Below are positions 1-9,559 of a stretch of 24,000 nt of DNA, one piece after another (position 1 is the first letter of the stretch; each line of letters starts with the position of its first letter). The notes under the pieces are model-generated. The model worked only from the letters and a program-made list of their open reading frames with translations, had not been told where the DNA came from and did not search any database. Location: the sequence record NC_021789.1; one strand, 5' to 3'. The position numbers and the translations under genes are program-made. The DNA comes from Cellulophaga phage phi19:3.

Positions 1-72
1 TTAATTTTACTCTAATGTCAGTATATAGCTTTTCAAAATCTAGCGTTGTAATCCATTCTCCGTGATTCGTTT

Positions 73-156
73 TCATTCTCTATTGTTGTAATTATACCAA
101 AATTTAGCAACCAATATTAATGCAATATAAATTATTATACAAGTTAAATGAATCAT
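73..156 (-). CDS. tiny predicted membrane peptide (27 aa, MIHLTCIIIYIALILVAKFWYNYNNRE)
   Basis: Manual translation of the reverse strand; hydrophobic core. Too short for the ORF track. Confidence 0.3.
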   Translation of the reverse strand: MIHLTCIIIYIALILVAKFWYNYNNRE

Positions 157-188
157 TTGTGTTATTAGTTTCCGGTTCCTGCTATGTA

Positions 189-449
189 TTACCCATAATC
201 AATTTCTGCGATTAAATCTTTAAGCGTTTTTCCATCCATGTTGTTTATGGTAGGGAACTTAGATCCTTCTTCGTCTGCCAGGTATATTTCATCCCATTTA
301 CATTTTTTGATCTCTTTAACATTGCTATCTCTTAGTTCCGAAATATCTATGTTTTGTTCTTCGCAAAGAAGTATTGTTGCTAATAGTTCTGTTTCTGCGG
401 CAACAATATCCATTTCTCCGTCTTCGTGTATAAATTTGAATATTCTCAT
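189..449 (-). CDS. hypothetical protein (86 aa)
   Basis: ORF track; co-directional with the downstream phage genes. Confidence 0.65.
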   Translation of the reverse strand: MRIFKFIHEDGEMDIVAAETELLATILLCEEQNIDISELRDSNVKEIKKCKWDEIYLADEEGSKFPTINNMDGKTLKDLIAEIDYG

Positions 450-450
450 G

Positions 451-1194
451 TTAAAATGCGTATTTATTTAGGTTAATACTTAATCCCGAATCTGCAATAT
501 ATGTTTCTTTTATAAATTCTTCTTCGATTTTTCTCTTAAATTCAATCTCATTGGAGTTTCTATCCGATAAGTGAATTAACGTTATTGTTCTTGTTTTTGA
601 TAAGTCATTCGCGCGAAGCATATCTTGTAAGTTTTGGAAACTCATGTGGCTAGAAAGTACTCTATCTCTTAAGAATTGGTTCTCTAGTCCAAATTTTCTT
701 TTTTCTTCAATTATATCTTCGCAATAATTAGCTTCTACGATCCAATGGCTAATGTTAGCAAATTTAAAAGGAGAATATACCGTATCAGTTAAGAAACAAA
801 TACTTCCACTTTCAGGATGACTTATAATAAATCCCATCGGTTCTTTGGTGTCATGAATTGTAGGATAGCCTAATACGGTATATGGTCCAATTTTTACTTT
901 TTTCATTGGTTCTAATATGACTGACCTATGGTGGCCAATCATATTAGTTTCTTCCAATGTTCCTTTAGATGCGTAAATTGGTACTCCGGATGCAGCAAGA
1001 TGACTTACTCCTTTGCAATGATCTTGGTGGCCGTGTGTAACTATACACGCGGCCACGTTTTCAAGATTATAGTTAATGGATTTTTTTATATCTACTGGAT
1101 GGACTCCTGCTTCAACAATAAGCATTACACCATCATTATCTGTAAGTAGATAACAGTTACCCTTGCTTCCTGAGCCAATTACATCTAATTTCAT
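451..1194 (-). CDS. MBL-fold metallo-hydrolase (YycJ/WalJ-like)
   Basis: HTHGHQDH motif (HxHxDH variant), N-terminal GSGSKGNCYLL typical of YycJ-like proteins, later HLSDRN motif. Start overlaps the RecT-like stop codon. Confidence 0.85.
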   Translation of the reverse strand: MKLDVIGSGSKGNCYLLTDNDGVMLIVEAGVHPVDIKKSINYNLENVAACIVTHGHQDHCKGVSHLAASGVPIYASKGTLEETNMIGHHRSVILEPMKKVKIGPYTVLGYPTIHDTKEPMGFIISHPESGSICFLTDTVYSPFKFANISHWIVEANYCEDIIEEKRKFGLENQFLRDRVLSSHMSFQNLQDMLRANDLSKTRTITLIHLSDRNSNEIEFKRKIEEEFIKETYIADSGLSINLNKYAF

Positions 1195-2048
1195 TAAAAC
1201 TTCTTGTCTATGATTTCACCGGTAGTAGTGTCTACATCGTCATTCGTTTCTTCTTCGTGTTCAATATCGATAATATCTGTGTTGGCATTTTCAGAAATAG
1301 CATGTTTAACATCTTCTTTAGCAACATCAATTTCGTTGTCAACATCATCGTAAAGAACTTTATCATCACTTGAGCGAATAAGCATTTTACAAGCTCTGTT
1401 TAATACAGTACGTTGTGCCATTTGATCTGGAAAGTTTTTGTGTGCCGGAGAACCACCGTTTGTTGCCCCTTGGTTCCAAGATTTTTTAATCTGGTCCATG
1501 TTCATTATTTCAACATCCATAGTTCCGTCAACAAGTTCAAATGCTGCGTATGCTCCAATAATTTCATCGGAACCAATACTTTGAAGCGTTTGTTTATGCT
1601 TTACAATTCTTCTTAATCCTGTTTCTGGAACGATTTCAAACTCAAATTCATCGCCTTTCATAATACAGTTAGCTTTTATAGCTTTAAGCTTACCGTATCT
1701 CTTAGCCATCATTACGTTTCCTAAGTAAGATACGGACGCTTCTAGCTTATCTCCGTAAGGCACAAAGTATATTTGTCCTTTCAATGGAGAAACACCCCAT
1801 ACAACCATCTTAAGTAGTGCATTTGCAATACTTCCTTGGGAGCAAGCTGTTAAAACAGGCTTCTTATCTCTTGTAAGGGATTCATTTAAAACCAAGTACG
1901 CTGATTTTAATGCATTTTCGGCAGAATAGTCTTTCGGAAGTCTAAGTTCTCCGGACTGCTTAAAAGTATTTATCTTGTTTAAGACGATTGCTGTAATGTC
2001 TTTTTCTTTCGTAGCTACCGCAGTAGTCTTTTTAGTTTCTGTACTCAT
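1194..2048 (-). CDS. recT: RecT-family single-strand annealing protein
   Basis: SALKSAYLVLNE...LTACSQGSIANALLKMVVWGVSPLKGQIYFVPYGDKLEASVSYLGNVMMAKR resembles the RecT family core. Confidence 0.9.
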   Translation of the reverse strand: MSTETKKTTAVATKEKDITAIVLNKINTFKQSGELRLPKDYSAENALKSAYLVLNESLTRDKKPVLTACSQGSIANALLKMVVWGVSPLKGQIYFVPYGDKLEASVSYLGNVMMAKRYGKLKAIKANCIMKGDEFEFEIVPETGLRRIVKHKQTLQSIGSDEIIGAYAAFELVDGTMDVEIMNMDQIKKSWNQGATNGGSPAHKNFPDQMAQRTVLNRACKMLIRSSDDKVLYDDVDNEIDVAKEDVKHAISENANTDIIDIEHEEETNDDVDTTTGEIIDKKF

Positions 2049-2260
2049 TATAGTTTTCCTGTTTTTATGTAGTTGAAAATTTGGTTTGCACTCCGTATTA
2101 CATCACTGGCACTTGGATCTGCTCCATTTTTCTTAATAAAAAGAGCTTTAGAAATGCATTTAAGTCTTAGTTCTTCGTCATAATTTTTCTGTGTTTTGTT
2201 TTGAAATTCAATAGGTGCTCCATTTTGAAATTCTAAAGGTGATCCATTTTGTTTTTTCAT
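2048..2260 (-). CDS. hypothetical protein (70 aa)
   Basis: ORF track; 1-nt overlap with the recT start (TAATG-type coupling). Confidence 0.6.
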   Translation of the reverse strand: MKKQNGSPLEFQNGAPIEFQNKTQKNYDEELRLKCISKALFIKKNGADPSASDVIRSANQIFNYIKTGKL

Positions 2261-2279
2261 GATACTTATTGTTTAATTG

Positions 2280-4292
2280 TTACACTATTCTTAATGTTTT
2301 GTCTGGTTTACTTACTACTAATCTGATTAATTGACTATCAGTTTTTGGTGTCTCGGTAACGCTCTCTGCGTTGTCTAAGAAAATAGGTCCTTGTACTTTG
2401 TAGAATTTACATAGTGCATTGATTATTTCGGTACCGCAATGTATTTTTCCTGCGGAATTAAGGATATTAAAATCAACTCCTAGATATGTGGCCTTACAAG
2501 TTGGTACTTCAGAACCGTTTACCTGAGTTTCAAATAATTTGAATTTAGTTACCTCAAACAATGCGTTTACTTTGTCTTCTATTTGAGATACTTTAGCGAT
2601 TGTAAAACTCTGAGCAACAAACTCTTGTTTCTCAATATCTGCTATAAGTTGCGCTAATTTCGATTCCTCTTTAGATAGTTCCTCTACTCTTTTTTCAATT
2701 TCTGCAATTTGATTTTTCTTTGAAAGTAAATCGTTTACTACTTGCAAATCATTTTGAATAGCTGTTTTTTGAGCTTTCAAATCAGAAATATCTACAGTTT
2801 TAGCTTCTTCTAGTGTAGATTCAAGAGCAGTAATAGACTTAATGTTTGATTGGTACTCTTTGTGAGTAGAAAGAATTTTTGCTGCATCCGCTTCTGGATT
2901 TACAGGATCAACACTTTCTTTTCCACTCTCTTTTTTTAATTCCTCCTTAAGAGATTCTAATTCTTTTTTGGTCTCTGAAATAAGTTTTTCTCCATCTAAA
3001 ATTCTCTTTGAAGTTTCGGAAACCCTAGATTCTAAAGTTTCTTTTCTTAACTTATTAGCTTGTCCGTTTGTATTTATGCTTAATAATGTATGGTTTTTTT
3101 CTTCCTTAAAATCAAGAAGCATCTTTTCTTTTTTAGACTCAGCATCAATTGAGTCTAAAGGCCTTTTACAGCTAGGGCAGTTAATGTTTTCTTCGTCGAA
3201 TTTAAGAGACTTAGCGTTTTCTATATCAAAATCTTTTCTTAATTTAGAAAGAGTGTTTTCTATTTCAATTATAGAGTTTAGGTCTTTTTGTTTTTCGTAA
3301 ATATAATCAGAAACTCCTTTTGCATATTTTTCTAAAGTATTCTCCTTTGCTGAAATTTTTGCATTTAATAAAGAGATAGGATCCTCTAGTTGCCCTGCTA
3401 ATGAATTAACCTTTTTCTTAACCTCGAACTCAATGTTCTGATTCTTAGTCTTTAAAGCAAATACTTCGTTAGATACTTCGTTTCTTTTTGCGTTGGCAAT
3501 CTCTACAGTTTTGTTTTTGTCCTCTATTTTAGAGTCTATTTCTGAAATTTTTGCTTCTAACTCAACTTTTTTACTTTCCGCTTCTTTAAAATCAATTCCC
3601 TCTGGCTTACTTTTAATCTGCTCGTCAATCCTAGTTGGAATAGATTCTATAGATTTTTTGTGAAGTAAACGTGTTGCAGCAAGTTCTTTTTTATATTCGT
3701 CCAGGTCTTTACCTACTAATTTAGACAGTAAGGCCTCAAATTCTTTGTTTCCTGCAGCAATTTCTAAATTAGATACATTACCTGCAATTGAAATTAAAAG
3801 TTCTCTCTGCTTCTCCCAGTGAAGTGCGTTAAAAGCTAAAGGATCTGAAATCATCTTGAAAATTAGTTCATCAAGTATGTTGCTTATTTTTTCTTCATAC
3901 TCCTTTTTTGACTTCGGAACGTTGTTGTAGAAATACTTTGTAATATTTCCTTCAAAAACAGTTTCTAATGCACCCTTCTTTTTGGTCCATTTCTCGGATA
4001 AAATTCTGGTAAGTGTAATCTCTTCTCCATCTACATCTAAAATAGCCTTAACGCTGTGATCTAATTTTGGAATAGCTACATTATTTTCGTCTAATGTTTT
4101 GATTGTAGATTTAGAGTCCGATTCTCCAATCATATTTTTGCCAAAAAATAACCAAGAGAATGCGTCTCCAATGGTGGACTTTCCAGTACCATTGTCACCA
4201 AAAATACTTGTGATGTGGTTGAAGTCGATATTAACTTCTTTTGCTCCTTTAAAGTAACGGAGTTCTAATCGCTTTAATTCAATGTGTTTCAT
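2280..4292 (-). CDS. SMC/Rad50/RecF-like AAA ATPase with CxxC zinc-hook motif
   Basis: Walker A FGDNGTGKSTIGDAFSWLFFGKN; long charged coiled-coil; NCPSCKRPLDS hook; C-terminal GPIFLDNAESVTE in the Walker B position. Confidence 0.88.
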   Translation of the reverse strand: MKHIELKRLELRYFKGAKEVNIDFNHITSIFGDNGTGKSTIGDAFSWLFFGKNMIGESDSKSTIKTLDENNVAIPKLDHSVKAILDVDGEEITLTRILSEKWTKKKGALETVFEGNITKYFYNNVPKSKKEYEEKISNILDELIFKMISDPLAFNALHWEKQRELLISIAGNVSNLEIAAGNKEFEALLSKLVGKDLDEYKKELAATRLLHKKSIESIPTRIDEQIKSKPEGIDFKEAESKKVELEAKISEIDSKIEDKNKTVEIANAKRNEVSNEVFALKTKNQNIEFEVKKKVNSLAGQLEDPISLLNAKISAKENTLEKYAKGVSDYIYEKQKDLNSIIEIENTLSKLRKDFDIENAKSLKFDEENINCPSCKRPLDSIDAESKKEKMLLDFKEEKNHTLLSINTNGQANKLRKETLESRVSETSKRILDGEKLISETKKELESLKEELKKESGKESVDPVNPEADAAKILSTHKEYQSNIKSITALESTLEEAKTVDISDLKAQKTAIQNDLQVVNDLLSKKNQIAEIEKRVEELSKEESKLAQLIADIEKQEFVAQSFTIAKVSQIEDKVNALFEVTKFKLFETQVNGSEVPTCKATYLGVDFNILNSAGKIHCGTEIINALCKFYKVQGPIFLDNAESVTETPKTDSQLIRLVVSKPDKTLRIV

Positions 4293-4315
4293 TTTTCCCG
4301 ATGTTTAATTATTTT

Positions 4316-4513
4316 TTAATCTACTATTTTGAATTTCCTGGTTTCGTCAATTAGCTTCTGGACGCTTTCTAGTGTAAATAAGTTTGTTTTAAGGTCTAAT
4401 TTATGAACTTCTAATTTAGATTTAAAGTTCTTGTAGAAAGTTGTCCGGCTACAATTAAGCATTTCACAGGCTTTTTTTGTCGTTACTGCTATTGGTTTTT
4501 CATCTGATTTCAT
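4316..4513 (-). CDS. small helix-turn-helix protein (excisionase/MerR-like)
   Basis: KKACEMLNCSRTTFYKNFKSKLEVHKLDLKTNLFTLESVQKLI resembles an HTH_17-type fold. Confidence 0.65.
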   Translation of the reverse strand: MKSDEKPIAVTTKKACEMLNCSRTTFYKNFKSKLEVHKLDLKTNLFTLESVQKLIDETRKFKIVD

Positions 4514-4574
4514 AGTTTTGTTATTATTTGTAAAGAAGTGTAAAAATATGTAAAATTATTGGTATTATGAAACT

Positions 4575-5150
4575 TTAATTAGTTCTTTGTTGGTCTGCTA
4601 ATCCTTTTTCTATAAGTCCGTTCTTGTAGTGTTTATTTTTAATTACGTTAGATATTGTAGATTGTGAAACTCCAAAAGCTAATGATATTATAGACTGAGA
4701 TACGCCAGAATCATATAACGAAGATATAACACCGATATCTCTATCCATAAGCTTTGAAGCGTTGTTTTTTTGACCGTAGGTAATTCTACCTCTTTTATAC
4801 GTATCTCTAATATTTTGAGACCTTGTAACCCATTCTAAGTTTGTATATAAATTATTATCTCTAATACCGTCTTTATGATTGACCTCTAAACCTTCAGTAT
4901 ATCCTGAACAAAAACTAAAAGCTACTAATCTATGCACTTTTATAGATGATGTTTTTTCATTATCTTTATTGTATAATCCTACATATAAATAACCACCTTT
5001 ATCTTTTGATTGTTTTAAAACCCTTCCTTTTGTTTTACATCTAGTGCCATTACCTTTGTTAAACACAATTCGATCCAAGCTTTTAACTCTTCCAAAATTA
5101 CTTACTTGATAAATGTTTTCATATCCTTTTATTGGTTTCCAAATCTCCAT
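4575..5150 (-). CDS. HNH endonuclease with NUMOD4 motif and C-terminal HTH
   Basis: N-terminus EIWKPIKGYENIYQVSNFGRVKSLDR (NUMOD4); VHRLVAFSF...LEVNHKDGIRDNNLYTNLEWVT (HNH); C-terminal IISLAFGVSQSTISNVIKNKHYK HTH. Confidence 0.92.
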   Translation of the reverse strand: MEIWKPIKGYENIYQVSNFGRVKSLDRIVFNKGNGTRCKTKGRVLKQSKDKGGYLYVGLYNKDNEKTSSIKVHRLVAFSFCSGYTEGLEVNHKDGIRDNNLYTNLEWVTRSQNIRDTYKRGRITYGQKNNASKLMDRDIGVISSLYDSGVSQSIISLAFGVSQSTISNVIKNKHYKNGLIEKGLADQQRTN

Positions 5151-5176
5151 TACACTGTATTTTTATATTAGACACT

Positions 5177-5773
5177 TTAAATATAGTGTTGTTTATTTAA
5201 TTCACTGTAATAAACACAAAGTTTTTTTGAGTGTAAGTCAAAAACGTCGAAGTGCCATTCGAGTAGTTTGCACATTTCTTGATAATCAAAAGGTATTGAT
5301 TGATTTCCGTAAGCTGAACCTATTTCATCTGACCAAGTTTTATGTATAAGTATATCATCTGAATTTATAGCCTTTGAAACGTCTATGTAGAATTGAATTT
5401 CGTTATCGATTGGTTGCTCACTATCATTAGGGTCCTCTAATAACTGAAATGATTTAATTTTACCGTCTTCAAATATGGTGTCTTCACCGTTTATTTCAAA
5501 GTCGTAACTTTTAGCAATTTCAATTAAAGGTATAAATGTCTCTCCATTAATTGTTATTTCCTTGGTTAAATCGCTTAACGGTCTTAGTATTGGTTTATGA
5601 CCTATTCCGTTTATAACATTGTACAAATGCGTATATTTTCTAGGTAAGTCATAAGCCTTTGACATTTCAGATAATTCACGTACAACATTTTTACCGCTTT
5701 TTATTTTTAATTCAAAAGGTAAATAAGGCGCTAAGTGTTTTAATTCTAGTTTCTCTTTGTTTTCTGTTTTCAT
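5177..5773 (-). CDS. hypothetical phage protein (198 aa)
   Basis: ORF track; long ORF in the same operon. Confidence 0.7.
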   Translation of the reverse strand: MKTENKEKLELKHLAPYLPFELKIKSGKNVVRELSEMSKAYDLPRKYTHLYNVINGIGHKPILRPLSDLTKEITINGETFIPLIEIAKSYDFEINGEDTIFEDGKIKSFQLLEDPNDSEQPIDNEIQFYIDVSKAINSDDILIHKTWSDEIGSAYGNQSIPFDYQEMCKLLEWHFDVFDLHSKKLCVYYSELNKQHYI

Positions 5774-6048
5774 AATACGTTTTTTAGATTAAATTATTAT
5801 CGAGTTCAAATATATGTAAATATTTGTAAACTTGTGTATTTTATTATGAAAAAATAATTGTTGTTCAATGGTTGTTCAAATTTCATTGGACCAATGACTG
5901 CAAGTGCCGCAAGTACTGCATTGACTTCTTTGGCTCCGTGCCCGGAGTTAGAATACGTTTTTTAAAAGAAATACTTGCACAGTATGTTTTTTGGATATAT
6001 ATTTACATATCTTTACAAATATGTACAGAAATTAAAAAACAATAAATT

Positions 6049-6273
6049 ATGATTAAAGAAAACAGTAGCCAAGAAAGCAAAAGCAATGAACTTTATATAT
6101 TGTTACCTACTGTAGAAAATACGGACAAAGAAGAACTAAACTTAATTAACAGTCTAAAAGAATATATAGATTGGTATGGTTGCAGAGATAGTAAAATGGA
6201 TAAAATACTGCCAATAGAACAACAAGAAGGAATTGTAGTAACAGCAATGACTTTATTAAAAGAACTAACGTAG
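6049..6273 (+). CDS. hypothetical protein (74 aa)
   Basis: ORF track; Asn/Glu-rich, first ORF of a plus-strand small-gene run. Confidence 0.5.
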   Translation: MIKENSSQESKSNELYILLPTVENTDKEELNLINSLKEYIDWYGCRDSKMDKILPIEQQEGIVVTAMTLLKELT

Positions 6274-6360
6274 TATTTTATATTGTTGGTAACATATTTG
6301 GGTATGGAAAGTACGAGTAAATAAACAGTAATTTTTAGTAAAACACAAAATAAAGTAAAT

Positions 6361-6576
6361 ATGAAATTAAATAGAAATAGTAAAATAAGTAAGTATTTTT
6401 TATACCCGTTGTTATATGTAGTGCTTACAATACCTTTTGCGCTTTTTGCAATATTGTACTACAGCTCTAAAATAACACGAAGTTTAAGTTATCTATGCGT
6501 TTTTAAAATAGAAAGCGCAAAGCAAGAAATCACAGACTTTTGGAGCATAGAAACAGCTTTGGGAGATGTATTTTAA
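6361..6576 (+). CDS. small predicted membrane protein (71 aa)
   Basis: Hydrophobic segment YPLLYVVLTIPFALFAILYY. Confidence 0.5.
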   Translation: MKLNRNSKISKYFLYPLLYVVLTIPFALFAILYYSSKITRSLSYLCVFKIESAKQEITDFWSIETALGDVF

Positions 6577-6637
6577 CATTACATATAACGTTAAAATATA
6601 TGATTAGTGCGATTAAATTAAACTTAAACATAACAAA

Positions 6638-7006
6638 ATGAAAAAAGAAATAACAGAATTAAAAGATTTAAAAGGTAAAACGATAGTTGATACTAAAATG
6701 TCTTGTGGTGACCTTTGGATTAAATTCTCTGACGATACTTTTGCTGTTTTTATTGTGAATGATATAACAGAAGGCTTTGGACATAGAAAAGAAGAAGTTA
6801 ATTTATGCCAATATGGTAAAGACAAAACAGAACATACTCTGCTCGAATTAGGTTTAATAACAAAACAGGAATATGAAAATGCTTGTAAGGATGAAGAATT
6901 GAGATACAATAAACTAGAAGAGAAACGAGAAAAAGAACAACAAGACCTAATTAAAAAAAATGAATTAGAGCAGTTAGAGAAACTTTCTAAAAAATACAAT
7001 AGATAA
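6638..7006 (+). CDS. hypothetical protein (122 aa) with charged coiled C-terminus
   Basis: ORF track; MKKEITELKDLKGKTIVDTKMSCGDLWIKFSDDTFAVF. Confidence 0.65.
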   Translation: MKKEITELKDLKGKTIVDTKMSCGDLWIKFSDDTFAVFIVNDITEGFGHRKEEVNLCQYGKDKTEHTLLELGLITKQEYENACKDEELRYNKLEEKREKEQQDLIKKNELEQLEKLSKKYNR

Positions 7007-7044
7007 ATACATAACACAAACTAATTGAATTAAATATACGAATT

Positions 7045-7269
7045 ATGACAAACGAAGAATTTTTAAAAGATGTATGTCCGAATCATACAGAAAAATCAAA
7101 ATGGAACAGAAGCGAATTACTGCACATTTTAGATATGCATAAAAAGCAATTACCTATAGCCGATGTTGTGGGGCGAAGCGAACAGTTAAATTGTGGGGAT
7201 TGTGATAATTATGAGGAATACGATAACGGTATTAAATGGTGTAGTAATTGCGGAAATAAATTAAGTTAA
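7045..7269 (+). CDS. small protein with four Cys, possible Zn ribbon
   Basis: NCGDCDNYEEYDNGIKWCSNCGNKLS. Confidence 0.6.
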   Translation: MTNEEFLKDVCPNHTEKSKWNRSELLHILDMHKKQLPIADVVGRSEQLNCGDCDNYEEYDNGIKWCSNCGNKLS

Positions 7270-7347
7270 CAATTTAATTGCTTACAACGCTTGCAGGTAT
7301 GTTTAGTGCCTGATTAAATAGTATAAATTTTTAAAATACAGATAACG

Positions 7348-7653
7348 ATGAAAAAAGAACAGAACTTGAATAATGCAGAAACACAGGCATTAAATATACC
7401 TGTTGTTATGTCCCGTTTTGATATTGAGCGTAAGGATTTGTATGAATATGACAAACCAAAAGAACGCACAAGAAAACGACTTACTGAAATGGCTGAATGT
7501 GGTATGGAAGAAACAGGTATTGCTTCATTTGGTTATAAGGGCATAATGAGTGGTTTGTATATCGAAAAAGTGTGGGGATATTCTGATGAAGATTTCAAAG
7601 ATTATATGGATTGGGCGAAAGGTTTAATTGTAGCTTCCTTAAATGGGGCATAA
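7348..7653 (+). CDS. hypothetical protein (101 aa)
   Basis: ORF track. Confidence 0.55.
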   Translation: MKKEQNLNNAETQALNIPVVMSRFDIERKDLYEYDKPKERTRKRLTEMAECGMEETGIASFGYKGIMSGLYIEKVWGYSDEDFKDYMDWAKGLIVASLNGA

Positions 7654-7792
7654 CGGCTACTTGTATGAATAGTAGCCGAAAGTAAGCGAGAAACTTTGAT
7701 TAAAAAACTAAATTAGCAAATACAAAATAGCCACTAAAAAGACACCTTAACAGGCTATTATTTATACAAATTGTTAGGGTGCGTTATTTAAA

Positions 7793-7990
7793 ATGGATGC
7801 AAATACTATAAAATTCAAAACGATTCAATTTATAAACGGTACTAAATATTTAGCACCAAAGCAAGTGGATGATTTAAAATACATAATTACTCACAATTTA
7901 AAAATTGAAAAAACAGAAGATACAGATAAAGCGATTGAAGAAGGTATAAAAACTTACTTTGATATGCAAAATAGCGTTGGGATTATTTAA
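7793..7990 (+). CDS. hypothetical protein (65 aa)
   Basis: ORF track. Confidence 0.45.
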   Translation: MDANTIKFKTIQFINGTKYLAPKQVDDLKYIITHNLKIEKTEDTDKAIEEGIKTYFDMQNSVGII

Positions 7991-8034
7991 TGCACTCTAA
8001 CAATGTTATATAACTAATTCAAAAAACTGAATAT

Positions 8035-8271
8035 ATGGAAACTACTGCAAAACAAGTGACTTTAAATATAATAGATGGTAAATTTACATCTTTAGAATTG
8101 CAAAATTTACTTCAATTAATTGCACAAGAGTTGAAATTACAAACTACATCCAATTACGCTAAAGAAAACAAACTATCTTTTAATGGAGTTAAAAACTTTA
8201 GGCCTCATATTTTAATTGATGGAATCAAATTTCATTCAGACGGAATTATAGAAAATAGCTTACCTTTTTAA
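8035..8271 (+). CDS. hypothetical protein (78 aa)
   Basis: ORF track; ends 20 nt before the integrase. Confidence 0.5.
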   Translation: METTAKQVTLNIIDGKFTSLELQNLLQLIAQELKLQTTSNYAKENKLSFNGVKNFRPHILIDGIKFHSDGIIENSLPF

Positions 8272-8290
8272 TAAAAAAACCATCGGGAAA

Positions 8291-9547
8291 ATGGCAACAA
8301 TAAGACTAGTAACGAGAAGCAAGAAAAACCCTTGCAATTTAAACATTCGATTTTCTGCAGGAAGGGAGAACAACTTCTACTTGCCTACAAAAGTCTTTGT
8401 TAATCCAAACCATTGGGATAATAAAAAATCGAACTACAAAAACTCTAACGAAATAGAAGATAGAATGATTAAAGCGGCTAAATTTGAACGCTTAAAATCT
8501 GATATTTTAAACGAGTATAACACTGCTTATATGAATGGCGAAGTTACCGATACTCAATGGCTAGAAGAAGTTGTTAAGGATCTGTTTGATCGTCCAGAAA
8601 AAGAGAAAGGAAACAAAGTTCGTGAGCATTTTGTGTACTACTTAGATTTTTGTGAGTATTGGTTGAAGGAAATTGCACCGACCTGGAAGACAGAAAAGAA
8701 TAAATTCATGTCAAAAAGAGCAATTCAGCAGTACGACACCTTCGTATTAGCCTTTAAAAATTTTCAAAACAGTTCTACAGGAAGGAGATACCGTATAAAA
8801 GATGTAAATAGTGTTGTTTTAAACGATTTCTCTACTTATCTATGTGACGAAGCTAAGTTTGCTCCTACGACATCGAAACGTTTAGTAGGTCGCGTTAAAT
8901 TCTTTTTAAACAGAGCAGAGAAGATCGGAATAAAAACAGATCCAAGCTTTAAAGAACGAGTTTATGTATCTAAAGAGGAAGGAGATATTTTGGTTCCGTA
9001 TCTTAACGAAGAGGAAATTAGTAGAATTTTCAATTTAAACCTTGAGCACGATCATATTTTAGATAACATCCGGGATAGTTTTATAATTAGTTTGTGGTCG
9101 GGCCTTAGAATTTCGGATTTCAATAATAACCTGAAGGCTGATAACATAGAAGGAGATTATATTAGTATAAAAACAAATAAGACTGGTAGTTGGGTGACAA
9201 TTCCACTACATAACCAAGTTAAGTTCGTGCTTAGTAAGCGTTTTGGTAATTTGCCGGCTAAATTTAGTGACAAGCTTTTTAATAAGCACATCAAAACAAT
9301 ATGCATGCTTGCTGAAATTGACGAAGATATTAAAGGGAAGTTATTCGATAAAGAAACGAAGCGTAAACTTACGGGTATCTATCCAAAATATAAGCTTATT
9401 TCGAGCCATTCGGGACGTCGAAGTTTTGCCAGTAACCTCCATGGCTTCGTACCTAATCACATACTTTCGGATCTTGGTGGTTGGTCCAGTGAAAAAATGA
9501 TGCTTCACTATGTTAAACGAACAAAAAAGAAAGTGCAGAAATTTTAA
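8291..9547 (+). CDS. int: tyrosine recombinase / phage-type integrase
   Basis: Catalytic set: SLWSGLRISDF (Arg), KTNKTGSWVTIPL (Lys), HSGRRSFASNL (HxxR), LGGWSSEKMMLHYVK (Tyr). N-terminal SAM-like/Arm domain as in Bacteroidetes integrases. Confidence 0.96.
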   Translation: MATIRLVTRSKKNPCNLNIRFSAGRENNFYLPTKVFVNPNHWDNKKSNYKNSNEIEDRMIKAAKFERLKSDILNEYNTAYMNGEVTDTQWLEEVVKDLFDRPEKEKGNKVREHFVYYLDFCEYWLKEIAPTWKTEKNKFMSKRAIQQYDTFVLAFKNFQNSSTGRRYRIKDVNSVVLNDFSTYLCDEAKFAPTTSKRLVGRVKFFLNRAEKIGIKTDPSFKERVYVSKEEGDILVPYLNEEEISRIFNLNLEHDHILDNIRDSFIISLWSGLRISDFNNNLKADNIEGDYISIKTNKTGSWVTIPLHNQVKFVLSKRFGNLPAKFSDKLFNKHIKTICMLAEIDEDIKGKLFDKETKRKLTGIYPKYKLISSHSGRRSFASNLHGFVPNHILSDLGGWSSEKMMLHYVKRTKKKVQKF

Positions 9548-9559
9548 AAAACATTTGGG

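Noticed and set aside
238-471. Plus-strand ORFs 238-471, 928-1149, 1413-1616 and 2968-3300
   Set aside because: Antisense to well-supported minus-strand genes (hypothetical, MBL, RecT, ATPase); no recognisable domain.
6613-7017. 134-aa minus-strand ORF
   Set aside because: Antisense to the 6638-7006 ORF; low-complexity Ser/Phe/Leu translation typical of an antisense AT-rich frame.
7743-7781. Integron attC site
   Set aside because: CCTTAAC/GTTAGGG differ from the RYYYAAC/GTTRRRY consensus at end positions and no integron-type integrase is recognised; retained only as a cassette-like hint.
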